From contig DASYSH010000339.1 of assembly GCA_036003525.1 (NCBI GenBank), positions 1-39,604 of the forward strand: a stretch of DNA of 39,604 nucleotides. Direction: 5' to 3'. Below are positions 1 through 7,995 of the stretch, in pieces. The notes beneath the pieces are model-generated. The model saw only the letters and a list, made by a program, of their open reading frames with translations, did no database searches and had not been told where the DNA came from. Every line of letters begins with the position of its first letter. Positions within the stretch are counted from its first letter, which is position 1. Source of the DNA: Gemmatimonadaceae bacterium (GTDB taxonomy: Bacteria; Gemmatimonadota; Gemmatimonadetes; Gemmatimonadales; Gemmatimonadaceae). The position numbers and the translations under genes were made by a program.

Positions 1-725
1 GGTGACGACGGCGCCGTGAGCGCGTGCGGATCGCGCGCGACGCTCGCCGCGACGAACGCGGGGATCCAGGTCCAGTATGAGTAGAGTTCCGCCATATGGC
101 CGAGGTAGCCGCCGGTTGCGAGGCGCCACCTGCGCTCCCGCACCACCGATGCGACGAGTGACCATGAAAACGGGCGCGACTCGAATGCGAACGGCCCGTC
201 GCGATATCCCGCGAGGACGATCACCGCGGCCGCGAGGGCGCTCCCCGATGCGAGCAGCGTGATGAATGCGACGCCGGCGTCAGGCAGTGCGTGCAACAGG
301 TACGGCCCGGCTTTTCCGATTGTCAGCGCGCCAACAACCGCGCCGACCGCGAGCCCACGCCGCGCGCGAAACCAGGTCGCCGCCATTTTCAGCGCCGGCG
401 GGTAGACGCCGGCGAGGCACACGCCGGCGGCAAAGCGGCTGGCGAGAAGAATTGGATATGTGGCCGCAAATGCCATCGGCGCATTTACAATTGCGCCGAG
501 CGCGGCGGCGACCGCGAACAGGCGTCGCGCGGGAACGACGTCCGCAAGATTGAGAAGGGCGGACAGCGCCGTGCCGACGACAAAACCGAACTGCACGGCC
601 GTTGTCAGCGCCGCGACTTCACCGCCGGAAAGATTGAATTGCTGGCGCAACTGACCTGCGGCGGCGCTGCCGGCGAACCAGAGCGACATCCCGAGGAGTT
701 CGGCGACCGAGAGCAGTGCAAGCAT
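1..725 (-). CDS. MFS-type transporter, partial (C-terminus lies beyond window start)
   Basis: Absent from the ORF track because it runs off the window. Reverse complement from the ATG at 725 reads MLALLSVAELLGMSLWFAGSAAAGQLRQQFNLSGGEVAALTTAVQFGFVVGTALSALLNLADVV...FAAGVCLAGVYPPALKMAATWF.... It shows consecutive hydrophobic helices and a G-rich loop pattern typical of major facilitator proteins, and the frame stays open to position 1. Confidence 0.7.
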   Translation of the reverse strand, partial: MLALLSVAELLGMSLWFAGSAAAGQLRQQFNLSGGEVAALTTAVQFGFVVGTALSALLNLADVVPARRLFAVAAALGAIVNAPMAFAATYPILLASRFAAGVCLAGVYPPALKMAATWFRARRGLAVGAVVGALTIGKAGPYLLHALPDAGVAFITLLASGSALAAAVIVLAGYRDGPFAFESRPFSWSLVASVVRERRWRLATGGYLGHMAELYSYWTWIPAFVAASVARDPHALTAPSS

Positions 726-757
726 TCTCCACCGGCCCGGCGCCTGCTCGTCTTGCG

Positions 758-1618
758 TCACCACGAGTTTTCGACGGCACTGGTGAAATTACTTCCGCTC
801 ATCGACGTCTGATCGGCCAGGTGCAGCAACTCGGCTTCCAGCGTCATCGGATGCGCCTGGATGAAATGCTGAAGCTCGAGTTCCTGCGCTTCGGTGAGCG
901 TACCCTCCGGAAGCGTTCGCAGGCGGCGATCGAGCAACAGCGATCCGAGCACCATATGCTGCAGGAGAATTCCACCCTGCGTGAAGTCGAAGCCCGCGGC
1001 GGTGATCGTGAACGTCTCGACTTTGCCGATGTCGTGCAGCAGCGCGCCGGCGGTGACAAGGTCGACGTCGCCACGCATCGCCTTGGCCGACGCGCGTGCG
1101 ATCGCGCCGACCTCCACGACGTGCAGCAGCAGTCCGCCGATTTGCGCGTGATGCCCCTGCGCCGCGCCCGGCGCGCGCTCGAACTGCGCGCGAAACGCAT
1201 CGTCGGCGAAAAACAGATCCACCGCGAGCCGCAGCTTTTGCGACTTCATTTCGCGGCGCCATTTGTCGACCGTTTCCCACAGCTTCACCACATCGACGTT
1301 CACGCGCGGCAAAAACTCGTCGATGTTCACCGCGGCCGGCGCGATGACCCGCAGCGGCGCGCTGATCTTGAGCTGACGGCGTCCCTGGTATGTATCGACC
1401 ACGCCAATCACCTGCACGACGCAGCCGGCTCTCACCCCCTCGATAAAGGGAAGCTGCTCCTTCCACACGTTCGCGGAAATCTGCCCGCTCGAGTTGCCGA
1501 GCTGCAGCACCGCGAACGGGTCGCCGTTTTTCGTGACCTTGTCTTCGCGGCTCCGCACCATGAGCTCATGCTGGACGCGGTCGCCGATCTCAAGCGATGC
1601 GAGGTCGAGCGCGCTCAC
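758..1618 (-). CDS. OB-fold + HD-domain phosphohydrolase, YhaM-like 3'-5' exoribonuclease family
   Basis: 286-aa ORF with a GTG start at 1618. The N-terminus has an OB-fold-like segment (DKVTKNGDPFAVLQLGNSSGQISANVWKE...VVQVIGVVDTYQGRRQLKI). The C-terminus has HD motifs (GGLLLHVVEV...ALLHDIGKVETF). It starts 7 nt downstream of the preceding gene. Confidence 0.75.
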   Translation of the reverse strand: MSALDLASLEIGDRVQHELMVRSREDKVTKNGDPFAVLQLGNSSGQISANVWKEQLPFIEGVRAGCVVQVIGVVDTYQGRRQLKISAPLRVIAPAAVNIDEFLPRVNVDVVKLWETVDKWRREMKSQKLRLAVDLFFADDAFRAQFERAPGAAQGHHAQIGGLLLHVVEVGAIARASAKAMRGDVDLVTAGALLHDIGKVETFTITAAGFDFTQGGILLQHMVLGSLLLDRRLRTLPEGTLTEAQELELQHFIQAHPMTLEAELLHLADQTSMSGSNFTSAVENSW

Positions 1619-1625
1619 CGCGTCA

Positions 1626-1853
1626 TCAGGGCTGGGTCACCCATACGATCTCGCCTTCCGCGTCGATTCCGAGCTCTTCCTGGAGGCCGCAGACTCCGCA
1701 CGTCTTCTTTGCGAGCCACGCTTCATTGAGCTCGGAACGCTTGTCCTTCGCGACGGGCTTCACGACGAGTTTCTTGTACGTGTACTCGCCACAATTTTCG
1801 CATGCATGCGCTCGCGCGATTCGTTCCGCGCGTTCGCGCGTGATCTTCGCCAT
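1626..1853 (-). CDS. small 4-Cys zinc-ribbon protein (hypothetical)
   Basis: 75 aa with CENCG ... CGVCG (CxxC-N30-CxxC). GC3-rich codons. Packed between the SPFH gene (3-nt gap) and the OB/HD gene (7-nt gap). Confidence 0.6.
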   Translation of the reverse strand: MAKITRERAERIARAHACENCGEYTYKKLVVKPVAKDKRSELNEAWLAKKTCGVCGLQEELGIDAEGEIVWVTQP

Positions 1854-1856
1854 CGC

Positions 1857-2888
1857 TTATTTTAATTCGCCGGACGGACCGGTGCCGGGAATCGAGGGAG
1901 CGCCCGTGTCGATCGACCGTCCGCGCAGCAGTTCGCGCATTGATCCGATCGCGCCCATCACGCCGGCTGCCTCCGCGGGGAGGAAAATCGTCGATCCCTT
2001 TCCCTGCGCGAGCGACGGCAGCGCTTCCAGATACTTCAGCCCGAGCAGGTACATCGCCGCTTCACCGGGCGGCAGTGACGCGGTCAGCAGCTTCACCGCC
2101 TCGCCCTCGGCGTTCGCCATCGCGAGCCGCGCTTCCGCCAGACCCTGCGCGCGCAGGATCGACGCTTCCTTTTCGCCCTGCGCTTTCTGGATCTGCGATT
2201 CGCGCAAACCCTCGGACTCGAGAATCGCCGCGCGCTTTCCGGCCTCGGCGTTCGTGACCGCGGCGCGGCGTTCGCGTTCCGCGCGCATTTGCAGTTCCAT
2301 CGACTGCTGAATGTCCCTCGGCGGTTCGATGCTCTGCAATTCCACCCGCGTCACATCGACGCCCCATCCGAGCGACGCCTCTTCGATCGTCTCGCGCATG
2401 CGCTTGTTAATCTGGTCGCGGCTCACGAGACACTGATCGAGCTCCATCTCGCCGACGATGTTGCGCAGCGTCGTGCGCGTGAGCGTCTCGAGCGCGAACG
2501 GAAGATTCTGCACCGCGTACGTGGCTTTCTGCGGATCGGCGACGCGGTAGTAGATCACGGCGTCGATGTCGATCGTCACGTTGTCCTTCGTGATCACCGG
2601 CTGGCTCGGAAAGCTCAGCACTTGTTCGCGGAGGTCGATGCGATTCGTCGTGCTCGCGATCAGGCGCTTGTTTCCGGAAACGTCGGAGGTGAGAAAGCGC
2701 ACGTCGATCGAACGCGGCTGCTCGATGAACGGAATCAGGATGTTGAATCCCGAGCGGGCGAGACGGTGGAACCGGCCGAGCCGTTCGATCACCATCACCT
2801 CGGCCTGTCCGACGATTTTGACGGAGCGCGCGGCGGTCATTACGCCGATGAAGCCGACGGCAACGAGGAAGTAATAGAAGATGGTCAT
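1857..2888 (-). CDS. SPFH/Band-7 (stomatin/slipin-like) membrane protein
   Basis: ORF 1857..2951. The likely start is the internal ATG at 2888 (MTIFYYFLVAVGFIGVMTAARS, a TM anchor), because the upstream 21 codons are Arg-rich and non-protein-like. Sequence VKIVGQAEVMVIERLGRFHRLARSGFNILIPFIE...DNVTIDIDAVIYYRV, followed by a coiled-coil region rich in A/E/R, is typical of SPFH proteins. Confidence 0.85.
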   Translation of the reverse strand: MTIFYYFLVAVGFIGVMTAARSVKIVGQAEVMVIERLGRFHRLARSGFNILIPFIEQPRSIDVRFLTSDVSGNKRLIASTTNRIDLREQVLSFPSQPVITKDNVTIDIDAVIYYRVADPQKATYAVQNLPFALETLTRTTLRNIVGEMELDQCLVSRDQINKRMRETIEEASLGWGVDVTRVELQSIEPPRDIQQSMELQMRAERERRAAVTNAEAGKRAAILESEGLRESQIQKAQGEKEASILRAQGLAEARLAMANAEGEAVKLLTASLPPGEAAMYLLGLKYLEALPSLAQGKGSTIFLPAEAAGVMGAIGSMRELLRGRSIDTGAPSIPGTGPSGELK

Positions 2889-2994
2889 ATGAGCCCGGCG
2901 ACGGGTGAGGGTGTCCGTGCTGATAGTACCGCCGCGCTTCCGGCGCGGCAACGCATCGCGCGGATTTGCGCCGCGCCGCCCGGCTACCGCGCGT

Positions 2995-4041
2995 TCAGGG
3001 CTTGAAGTCCGCGATGAACAGGTTCACGTCCATCGACTTCGAATCGGCGCGCTGCGATGCCCAAATCAGTTTCCTGCCGTCCGGGCTGAACATCGGAAAA
3101 CCGTCGAAGCCTTCGTCGGTCGTGATTTGCTCGAGGCCGTTGCCATCGAGCCCGACTAGAAATAAATCGAAGTTGCCGCTCCGCGGGTTCTTGTAGTTCG
3201 ACGAGAAAATCAGCCGCTTTCCGTCGTGCGTCCACGACGGCCCGAAATTCGCGCCGCCGAGATGCGTAACCTGATGCTGGTCGCTCCCGTCGGCGTTCAT
3301 CACCCACAATTCCATCTTGTTTGGACGCACGATCCGCTGCTTGAGCAGGTCCTGATAGTCTTTCAACTCCGCGGGATCGGTCGGGTGATATGCGCGGTAC
3401 GCGATCTTGCTGCCGTCCGGTGACCACCACGGTCCGCCGTCGTATCCCGCCTGATGCGTGAGCTGCCGAACATCAGACCCGTCGACATTCATCGTGTAAA
3501 TGTCGAGGTCGCCGTCCTTCAGCGAGGTGAATACAAAACGTTTTCCGTCCGGTGACAGCACGCCCTCGGCGGTGTACGTGTTGTAGTTTGTGATCCGCTT
3601 GATACCCGTACCGTCGCGATTGACGGTGTAGATGTCGAACGGATCGAGACCCCACACGTATCCTTTTGCGGGATCGAGTTTCGGCGGGCACTCCGCCTGC
3701 GCCGCGTGCGACGATCCAAAGAACAGCGACTTGCCGTCGGGAAGAAACCAGCCGCAGGTGGTTTTTCCCTTTCCGTTCGACACGCGCTTCAGCGCGGTGC
3801 CGTCGACCTTCATCACGTACTGCTGATCGCAGGGGCGCCCATCGCGCGATGACTGGAACGTGATCCACCGGCCGTCGCGGCTGAAATACGCCTCGGCCTG
3901 CGTGCCGGTGTTCGTCAGCTGGCGGACGTTGATGAGATGCGACTCGCCCGGCAGCGATGGGGTCGCGATGTTGACCTGGGCGTACGCCGACGTCGCCGCC
4001 GCGACGAGCGCGGCGGCGAACGCGAGAGAAATCCGGCGCAC
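2995..4041 (-). CDS. periplasmic WD40-like beta-propeller (PD40/TolB-like repeat) protein
   Basis: 348 aa, GTG start. Signal peptide MRRISLAFAAALVAAATSAYAQ. Repeated PD40-type units (SRDGRWITFQS, LPDGKSLFF, SPDGKRFVFTS, SPDGSKIAY, THDGKRLIFSS, SPDGRKLIWAS). Confidence 0.8.
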   Translation of the reverse strand: MRRISLAFAAALVAAATSAYAQVNIATPSLPGESHLINVRQLTNTGTQAEAYFSRDGRWITFQSSRDGRPCDQQYVMKVDGTALKRVSNGKGKTTCGWFLPDGKSLFFGSSHAAQAECPPKLDPAKGYVWGLDPFDIYTVNRDGTGIKRITNYNTYTAEGVLSPDGKRFVFTSLKDGDLDIYTMNVDGSDVRQLTHQAGYDGGPWWSPDGSKIAYRAYHPTDPAELKDYQDLLKQRIVRPNKMELWVMNADGSDQHQVTHLGGANFGPSWTHDGKRLIFSSNYKNPRSGNFDLFLVGLDGNGLEQITTDEGFDGFPMFSPDGRKLIWASQRADSKSMDVNLFIADFKP

Positions 4042-4043
4042 GT

Positions 4044-5651
4044 CTACTGCTTCGGCTTCGAAGCCGCGCCCGGCATCGACGCCGCGAGCGTGAGCATTTC
4101 TTTCGTCGTGGTGCTCTTCTTCAAAATCTCGATCGCCTTGAGGAGCTGGCGATCGTCGGCAACCTGACGGCGCTTCGCCGTCGAATCGCCGAACGCGAAT
4201 CCGGAAATCCTGTTGTCGAGCACGCGGGTGATGTACGGCGCGCCGGCGTCATACAGCTTCCGGTCGACCGTCACGCCCTTCTTCACGAAGCGCTGATACA
4301 GTTCGTCGCGCATTTCCGGCGTCACGACGAAATCGGGCTTTACCTTCGTCTTCATTTCGAGCGCGTACGCGTCGAGCGCGAGCGCAGTCTCGAGTCCGTT
4401 CTTGCCGCCGAGTTCGCGCGCGAGCTTTTGTTCGGTGGTGGTGAGCGTGTCGTACGCGACGATGACGTCCGGCGTCACGGCGCCGCCGCCGTAGACGATG
4501 CGGCCGCCATCCGACTTGAACTTCGGACGCGCCTTGCGCGCCGAATCCGTTTCGAGCGAATCCGGATGCGTTTCGATCAGCTGTCCTTCGTCCGTGAGGA
4601 TGCGGTCTTTCTGGATCGAGCGGCCGCTCGGCGTATACCACTTGCCGGTCGTGATCTTGATCATGTAGCCGCCATCGAGTCCGTACGTCGTCTGCACGAG
4701 GCCCTTGCCGAACGACGTCATGCCGAGGACCAGCGCGCGGTCGTGGTCCTGCAGCGCGCCGGCGACAATTTCCGATGCCGATGCCGTGTAGCCGTCCGTG
4801 AGAACCACCACCGGAAGTGTCGGCACCATCGCCGGATTCTCAGACGTGTACGTGATCGGCGGTTCGCCGCGTCCGCGCTGCGTGAGAATTTCCTTGCCCT
4901 TCGGAAGGAAAATATTCGCCATCAAAATCGCCTGGTCCAGATAGCCGCCGCCGTTGCCGCGCAGATCGAGCACGACGCTCTTTGCGCCTTCGGATGTCAG
5001 ACGCTCCAGCTGCATTGCGACCTCGGACGCCGCCGTCGCATTGAACTGCTGCACCGGGATATACGCGGTCTTGTTGTCGAGCATGATGCCGAACTCGACC
5101 GCCGGAATGCGCACGACGCGGCGCGTGAACGTGACGGGGAAGGGATCGGGAATTCCGGGACGCAAAAAGCGCGCGGTGACTTTGGTGTTCGGCGGGCCCT
5201 TGAGGTGCGCGGAAACCGAATCGGTCGGCCAGTGATGCGCCTTCACGTTGAACGTGTCGACAAAAACGATCTGATCGCCCGTCATCATACCGGCGTCCGA
5301 TGCGGGCGTGTGCGGGAAAACCTTCACGACGATGATGTTGCCGTGCTGGTCTTCGATCGACATGCCCGTGCCGGCGTAAAAGCCGCCGGTGTTCTGGTTG
5401 AATGCCTCAACCTGCTTGGGCGTGTACAGCTCTGCGTATGGATCTTTCAGCTGCGCGATCAATCCGCGCGCGGCTTTTTCGTAGAGCTGACCGACGTCGA
5501 CGGAATCGACGTAGCGTTCGGCGACCAGTCCGAGGACCTGATCGAACAATTTTGCGCCCGCCTGTGCACTGCGCTCTTGAATGACGAAGGCGCCGGCTAC
5601 AATCGGGATCAACAGGAGGCCCGCAAGCGCGGCCTTTGGGAGGCGAGACAT
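4044..5651 (-). CDS. S41 family C-terminal processing peptidase with PDZ domain
   Basis: 535 aa. N-terminal membrane anchor, a PDZ-like segment (GTGMSIEDQHGNIIVVKVFPHTPASDAGMMTGDQIVFVD), and an S41 core (VVLDLRGNGGGYL...TDGYTASASEIVAGALQDHDRALVLGMTSFGKG). Confidence 0.85.
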   Translation of the reverse strand: MSRLPKAALAGLLLIPIVAGAFVIQERSAQAGAKLFDQVLGLVAERYVDSVDVGQLYEKAARGLIAQLKDPYAELYTPKQVEAFNQNTGGFYAGTGMSIEDQHGNIIVVKVFPHTPASDAGMMTGDQIVFVDTFNVKAHHWPTDSVSAHLKGPPNTKVTARFLRPGIPDPFPVTFTRRVVRIPAVEFGIMLDNKTAYIPVQQFNATAASEVAMQLERLTSEGAKSVVLDLRGNGGGYLDQAILMANIFLPKGKEILTQRGRGEPPITYTSENPAMVPTLPVVVLTDGYTASASEIVAGALQDHDRALVLGMTSFGKGLVQTTYGLDGGYMIKITTGKWYTPSGRSIQKDRILTDEGQLIETHPDSLETDSARKARPKFKSDGGRIVYGGGAVTPDVIVAYDTLTTTEQKLARELGGKNGLETALALDAYALEMKTKVKPDFVVTPEMRDELYQRFVKKGVTVDRKLYDAGAPYITRVLDNRISGFAFGDSTAKRRQVADDRQLLKAIEILKKSTTTKEMLTLAASMPGAASKPKQ

Positions 5652-5795
5652 GTGACTCCAGCGGACAGAAGGTTGGACACGGAGAATACCCTTTCTCTAC
5701 GCCCCACGCAAAGGAGGGTTCCTTAAAAGATCACGGATACCTGTTACGATGTCCGGAAGACCGTCATCCGGGATCCCGAACGGCAGCTCCAACTC

Positions 5796-6608
5796 TCAGG
5801 ATCCCCGCGGCCCGATCGAATATTCGCAGAACCAGGCCTTTCCGTCCTGATCGAAGGACGCATCGCGCAAAACGCCGGCCGCGACGAGCATTTCGTGGGC
5901 CGGCTGCAGGACGCGCTGGAGGTGAGACGGGTACCGCTGGACCAGCGGCAGCAGCGCGGCGAGCCGCTCGAGGGGAACACGCCAGGTCGACCCGGTTTCA
6001 GCGCGCGCGACCTCGAGGAGGCGGTAAATCCGCCGTGCGACCGGTGAGTTGAGCGCGAAATAGCGCGGGGCGAGCAGCGTGATCGTGTGACCCGCCGCAA
6101 GATTTGCGCGCACCGCAGACGAAAAAACGATCCGCGCGTCGCCGGGTTCGTTGTTGGTGAGCGTGGAAAACAACGCGAGCTGATCGCGATCGGTCAGGCG
6201 GCGACGGTCGATGTGGACTGATGAGAGCACCGTGATTTGTCCCGTGACATCGGTCGCGGCCGCCGCGTCGTGATACACGCCATGCGACTCGAGCGTCGTG
6301 CGCTCGAGGCGCGTCAGGGCGGCGCGGAGCTGTTCGTAGGTGCGGCCGTCCACGCGACGTCCCATCGAGCGCAGGAACGCGTGCAGCGTGAACGAGAGCG
6401 CGCCATCCGCGGGAGAATCCGCTTCGTGAAATCGGCGCAGCAGCTCGACGTACACATCCTGATCGAAGGTGCCCGGAAGCCGCTCGCCCGGCGCCGGGAG
6501 AACGCGCCAGCGACCTCCTCCGTCCGCCGTGAAGTCGATCGCCGAATCGTCGGCGGAATCGCTGAGCCGAAAGAGCGGAAGCGCCTCGAGTGAGCGATCA
6601 AGCACCAC
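5796..6608 (-). CDS. replication initiator protein A (RPA/RepA-like) family protein
   Basis: The C-terminal 270 aa of track ORF 5796..6971 read LEALPLFRLSDSADDSAIDFTADGGGRWRVLPAPGERLPGTFDQDVYVELLRRF...FTLHAFLRSMGRRVDGRTYEQLRAALTRLERTTLES...RRIYRLLEV.... By eye this matches the RPA-type initiator pattern: LPLF(S/R)L, then GlpT.fD.DV..yL, then G..Ye.l..aL.RL. The start is uncertain. GTG at 6608 or 6605 are candidates, as is TTG at 6644. The track's longer N-terminus overlaps the SDR gene and is rejected. Confidence 0.6.
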   Translation of the reverse strand: MVLDRSLEALPLFRLSDSADDSAIDFTADGGGRWRVLPAPGERLPGTFDQDVYVELLRRFHEADSPADGALSFTLHAFLRSMGRRVDGRTYEQLRAALTRLERTTLESHGVYHDAAAATDVTGQITVLSSVHIDRRRLTDRDQLALFSTLTNNEPGDARIVFSSAVRANLAAGHTITLLAPRYFALNSPVARRIYRLLEVARAETGSTWRVPLERLAALLPLVQRYPSHLQRVLQPAHEMLVAAGVLRDASFDQDGKAWFCEYSIGPRGS

Positions 6609-6640
6609 AATGCGAGACAGCTGCCGTCGGCGGGGTGGGG

Positions 6641-7372
6641 TCAAGCGAGTTCTATGACCTGGCCGGTGATGTTGGTCGCCTCGCCCGAACAAAGAAAGGC
6701 GATGACTGCCGCGACGGACTCGCGCTCGACGTACGCGAATTTGTCGCCCATGGAATCGAGATTGGCGCCGGTCCGGATCGCGGTCGGCGCGAGCGCATTC
6801 GCGCGGATTCCGTGCGCGCGCTCCTCCTGCGCGACGGCGCGCATCAACGCGGTGACGCCCGCTTTCGACGCGGCATAGCCCGACACATTGGCGACCTTGC
6901 CGCCCGGGAGAATCGCGGCGGCGGCCATGAAGACAATTCCGCCGCCCTCGGTGCGCATGAACGGAATGCACGCGCGCGTCGCGCCGTACGCGGAGCCGAG
7001 ATTGATCGAGAGCTGCCGCTGGAAGATCGCGGGATCGCTTTCGCCGACCGGGCCGCTCATCGCGAACCCGCCGGCGACGTTCGCGAGCGCGTGAATTTTT
7101 CCGCCGTTCGCGGCCGCGATCTGTGCGAACACCGCAGCGGTTGCGGCAGCGTCGGTGAGGTCGCAGCCAAATGCAGAAACGGTGAGTCCGCCGGCGCGCA
7201 TCGCGCCGGCGAGCGCCTCCGCGCTCGCGGCGTCGCGGTCGATGATTGAAACCGTTGCGCCGCGCTTCGCGAACTCTTTCGCGACGACCTCACCGACCTG
7301 CCCCGCGCGTCCGACACCGGTGACGACGGCGCAACGGCCGTCGAACTGGCGCGCGGGCGCGGCGCCGCTCAT
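6641..7372 (-). CDS. SDR family oxidoreductase
   Basis: 243 aa. Rossmann motif AVVTGVGRAGQVG and catalytic YAASKAG (YxxxK). Its start overlaps the upstream stop by 4 nt (ATGA at 7369..7372). Confidence 0.85.
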   Translation of the reverse strand: MSGAAPARQFDGRCAVVTGVGRAGQVGEVVAKEFAKRGATVSIIDRDAASAEALAGAMRAGGLTVSAFGCDLTDAAATAAVFAQIAAANGGKIHALANVAGGFAMSGPVGESDPAIFQRQLSINLGSAYGATRACIPFMRTEGGGIVFMAAAAILPGGKVANVSGYAASKAGVTALMRAVAQEERAHGIRANALAPTAIRTGANLDSMGDKFAYVERESVAAVIAFLCSGEATNITGQVIELA

Positions 7373-7971
7373 CGCAAATCCTCTCGCCCGAGCGCGGCGC
7401 GAACCGCTTCGCGAATTGCGATCAGCGCATCGTCGGTCGCGGCGGGCGAATCATGCCGCACGCTCAATTCGATACCGTCGGCGACGCCGATGCGACGCCA
7501 GGATTCCGGCGCGTCGCCGTCATGCGAAACCGCGTGGTCCGCGCCCGCTCCGAGCGCCGGCGCGAGCGACTGCGCGACGCGCTTCTCGAGCAAATCGCCC
7601 GTGACGCCGAGCATTTCCGTTTTGATCACGTCGAGCGTCTGCCCTTCGCGCTGACGGATTTTTATCGCGAGCAGCTGGAGCAAATGCCGGTAGTGATACG
7701 TCGCGGCCGTGCCCTTGCCCTCCGGATGATCGAGCAGTCCGCTCGCCACGTAAAAACGGATCGCGCGCGCGCTCGGCGTCGCGCGGGCAGACGCATTCGT
7801 GGGACGCATGCCGGCCGCGTCGACGAGCGATGTCGCGTGCGCCGCGAGTCCCCGGGCATTCCAGGGCGCGTGGCGCGAGTGCGCGCGGAGCAGAGCGACG
7901 GGCGTGTCGGGCATCCGCGTAGGATAACTCTGGCGCCGGGAAACTTCGAGGAACGCATCCGGCATGCGCAT
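7369..7971 (-). CDS. MerR-like helix-turn-helix DNA-binding protein
   Basis: 200 aa. The segment TPSARAIRFYVASGLLDHPEGKGTAATYHYRHLLQLLAIKIRQREGQTLDVI resembles the MerR recognition helix/wing plus the start of the dimerisation helix. Alternative ATG starts lie at 7965 and 7914. Confidence 0.55.
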   Translation of the reverse strand: MRMPDAFLEVSRRQSYPTRMPDTPVALLRAHSRHAPWNARGLAAHATSLVDAAGMRPTNASARATPSARAIRFYVASGLLDHPEGKGTAATYHYRHLLQLLAIKIRQREGQTLDVIKTEMLGVTGDLLEKRVAQSLAPALGAGADHAVSHDGDAPESWRRIGVADGIELSVRHDSPAATDDALIAIREAVRAALGREDLR

Positions 7972-7995
7972 GCATGCCGGCGCGCTGAACGACCG

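Noticed and set aside
5652-5795. Plasmid-type origin (iterons, an AT-rich unwinding element, DnaA boxes) next to the RepA-like gene
   Set aside because: Only weak, short word similarities occur (GGACAGAAGG/GGACACGGAG). There are no tandem iterons or AT-rich block, and no par genes nearby.
6609-6971. N-terminal extension of the RepA-like ORF (track start 6971)
   Set aside because: It overlaps the C-terminal third of the SDR gene on the same strand in another frame, and reads as Arg/Gly-rich nonsense. The family-like sequence begins at about 6608.
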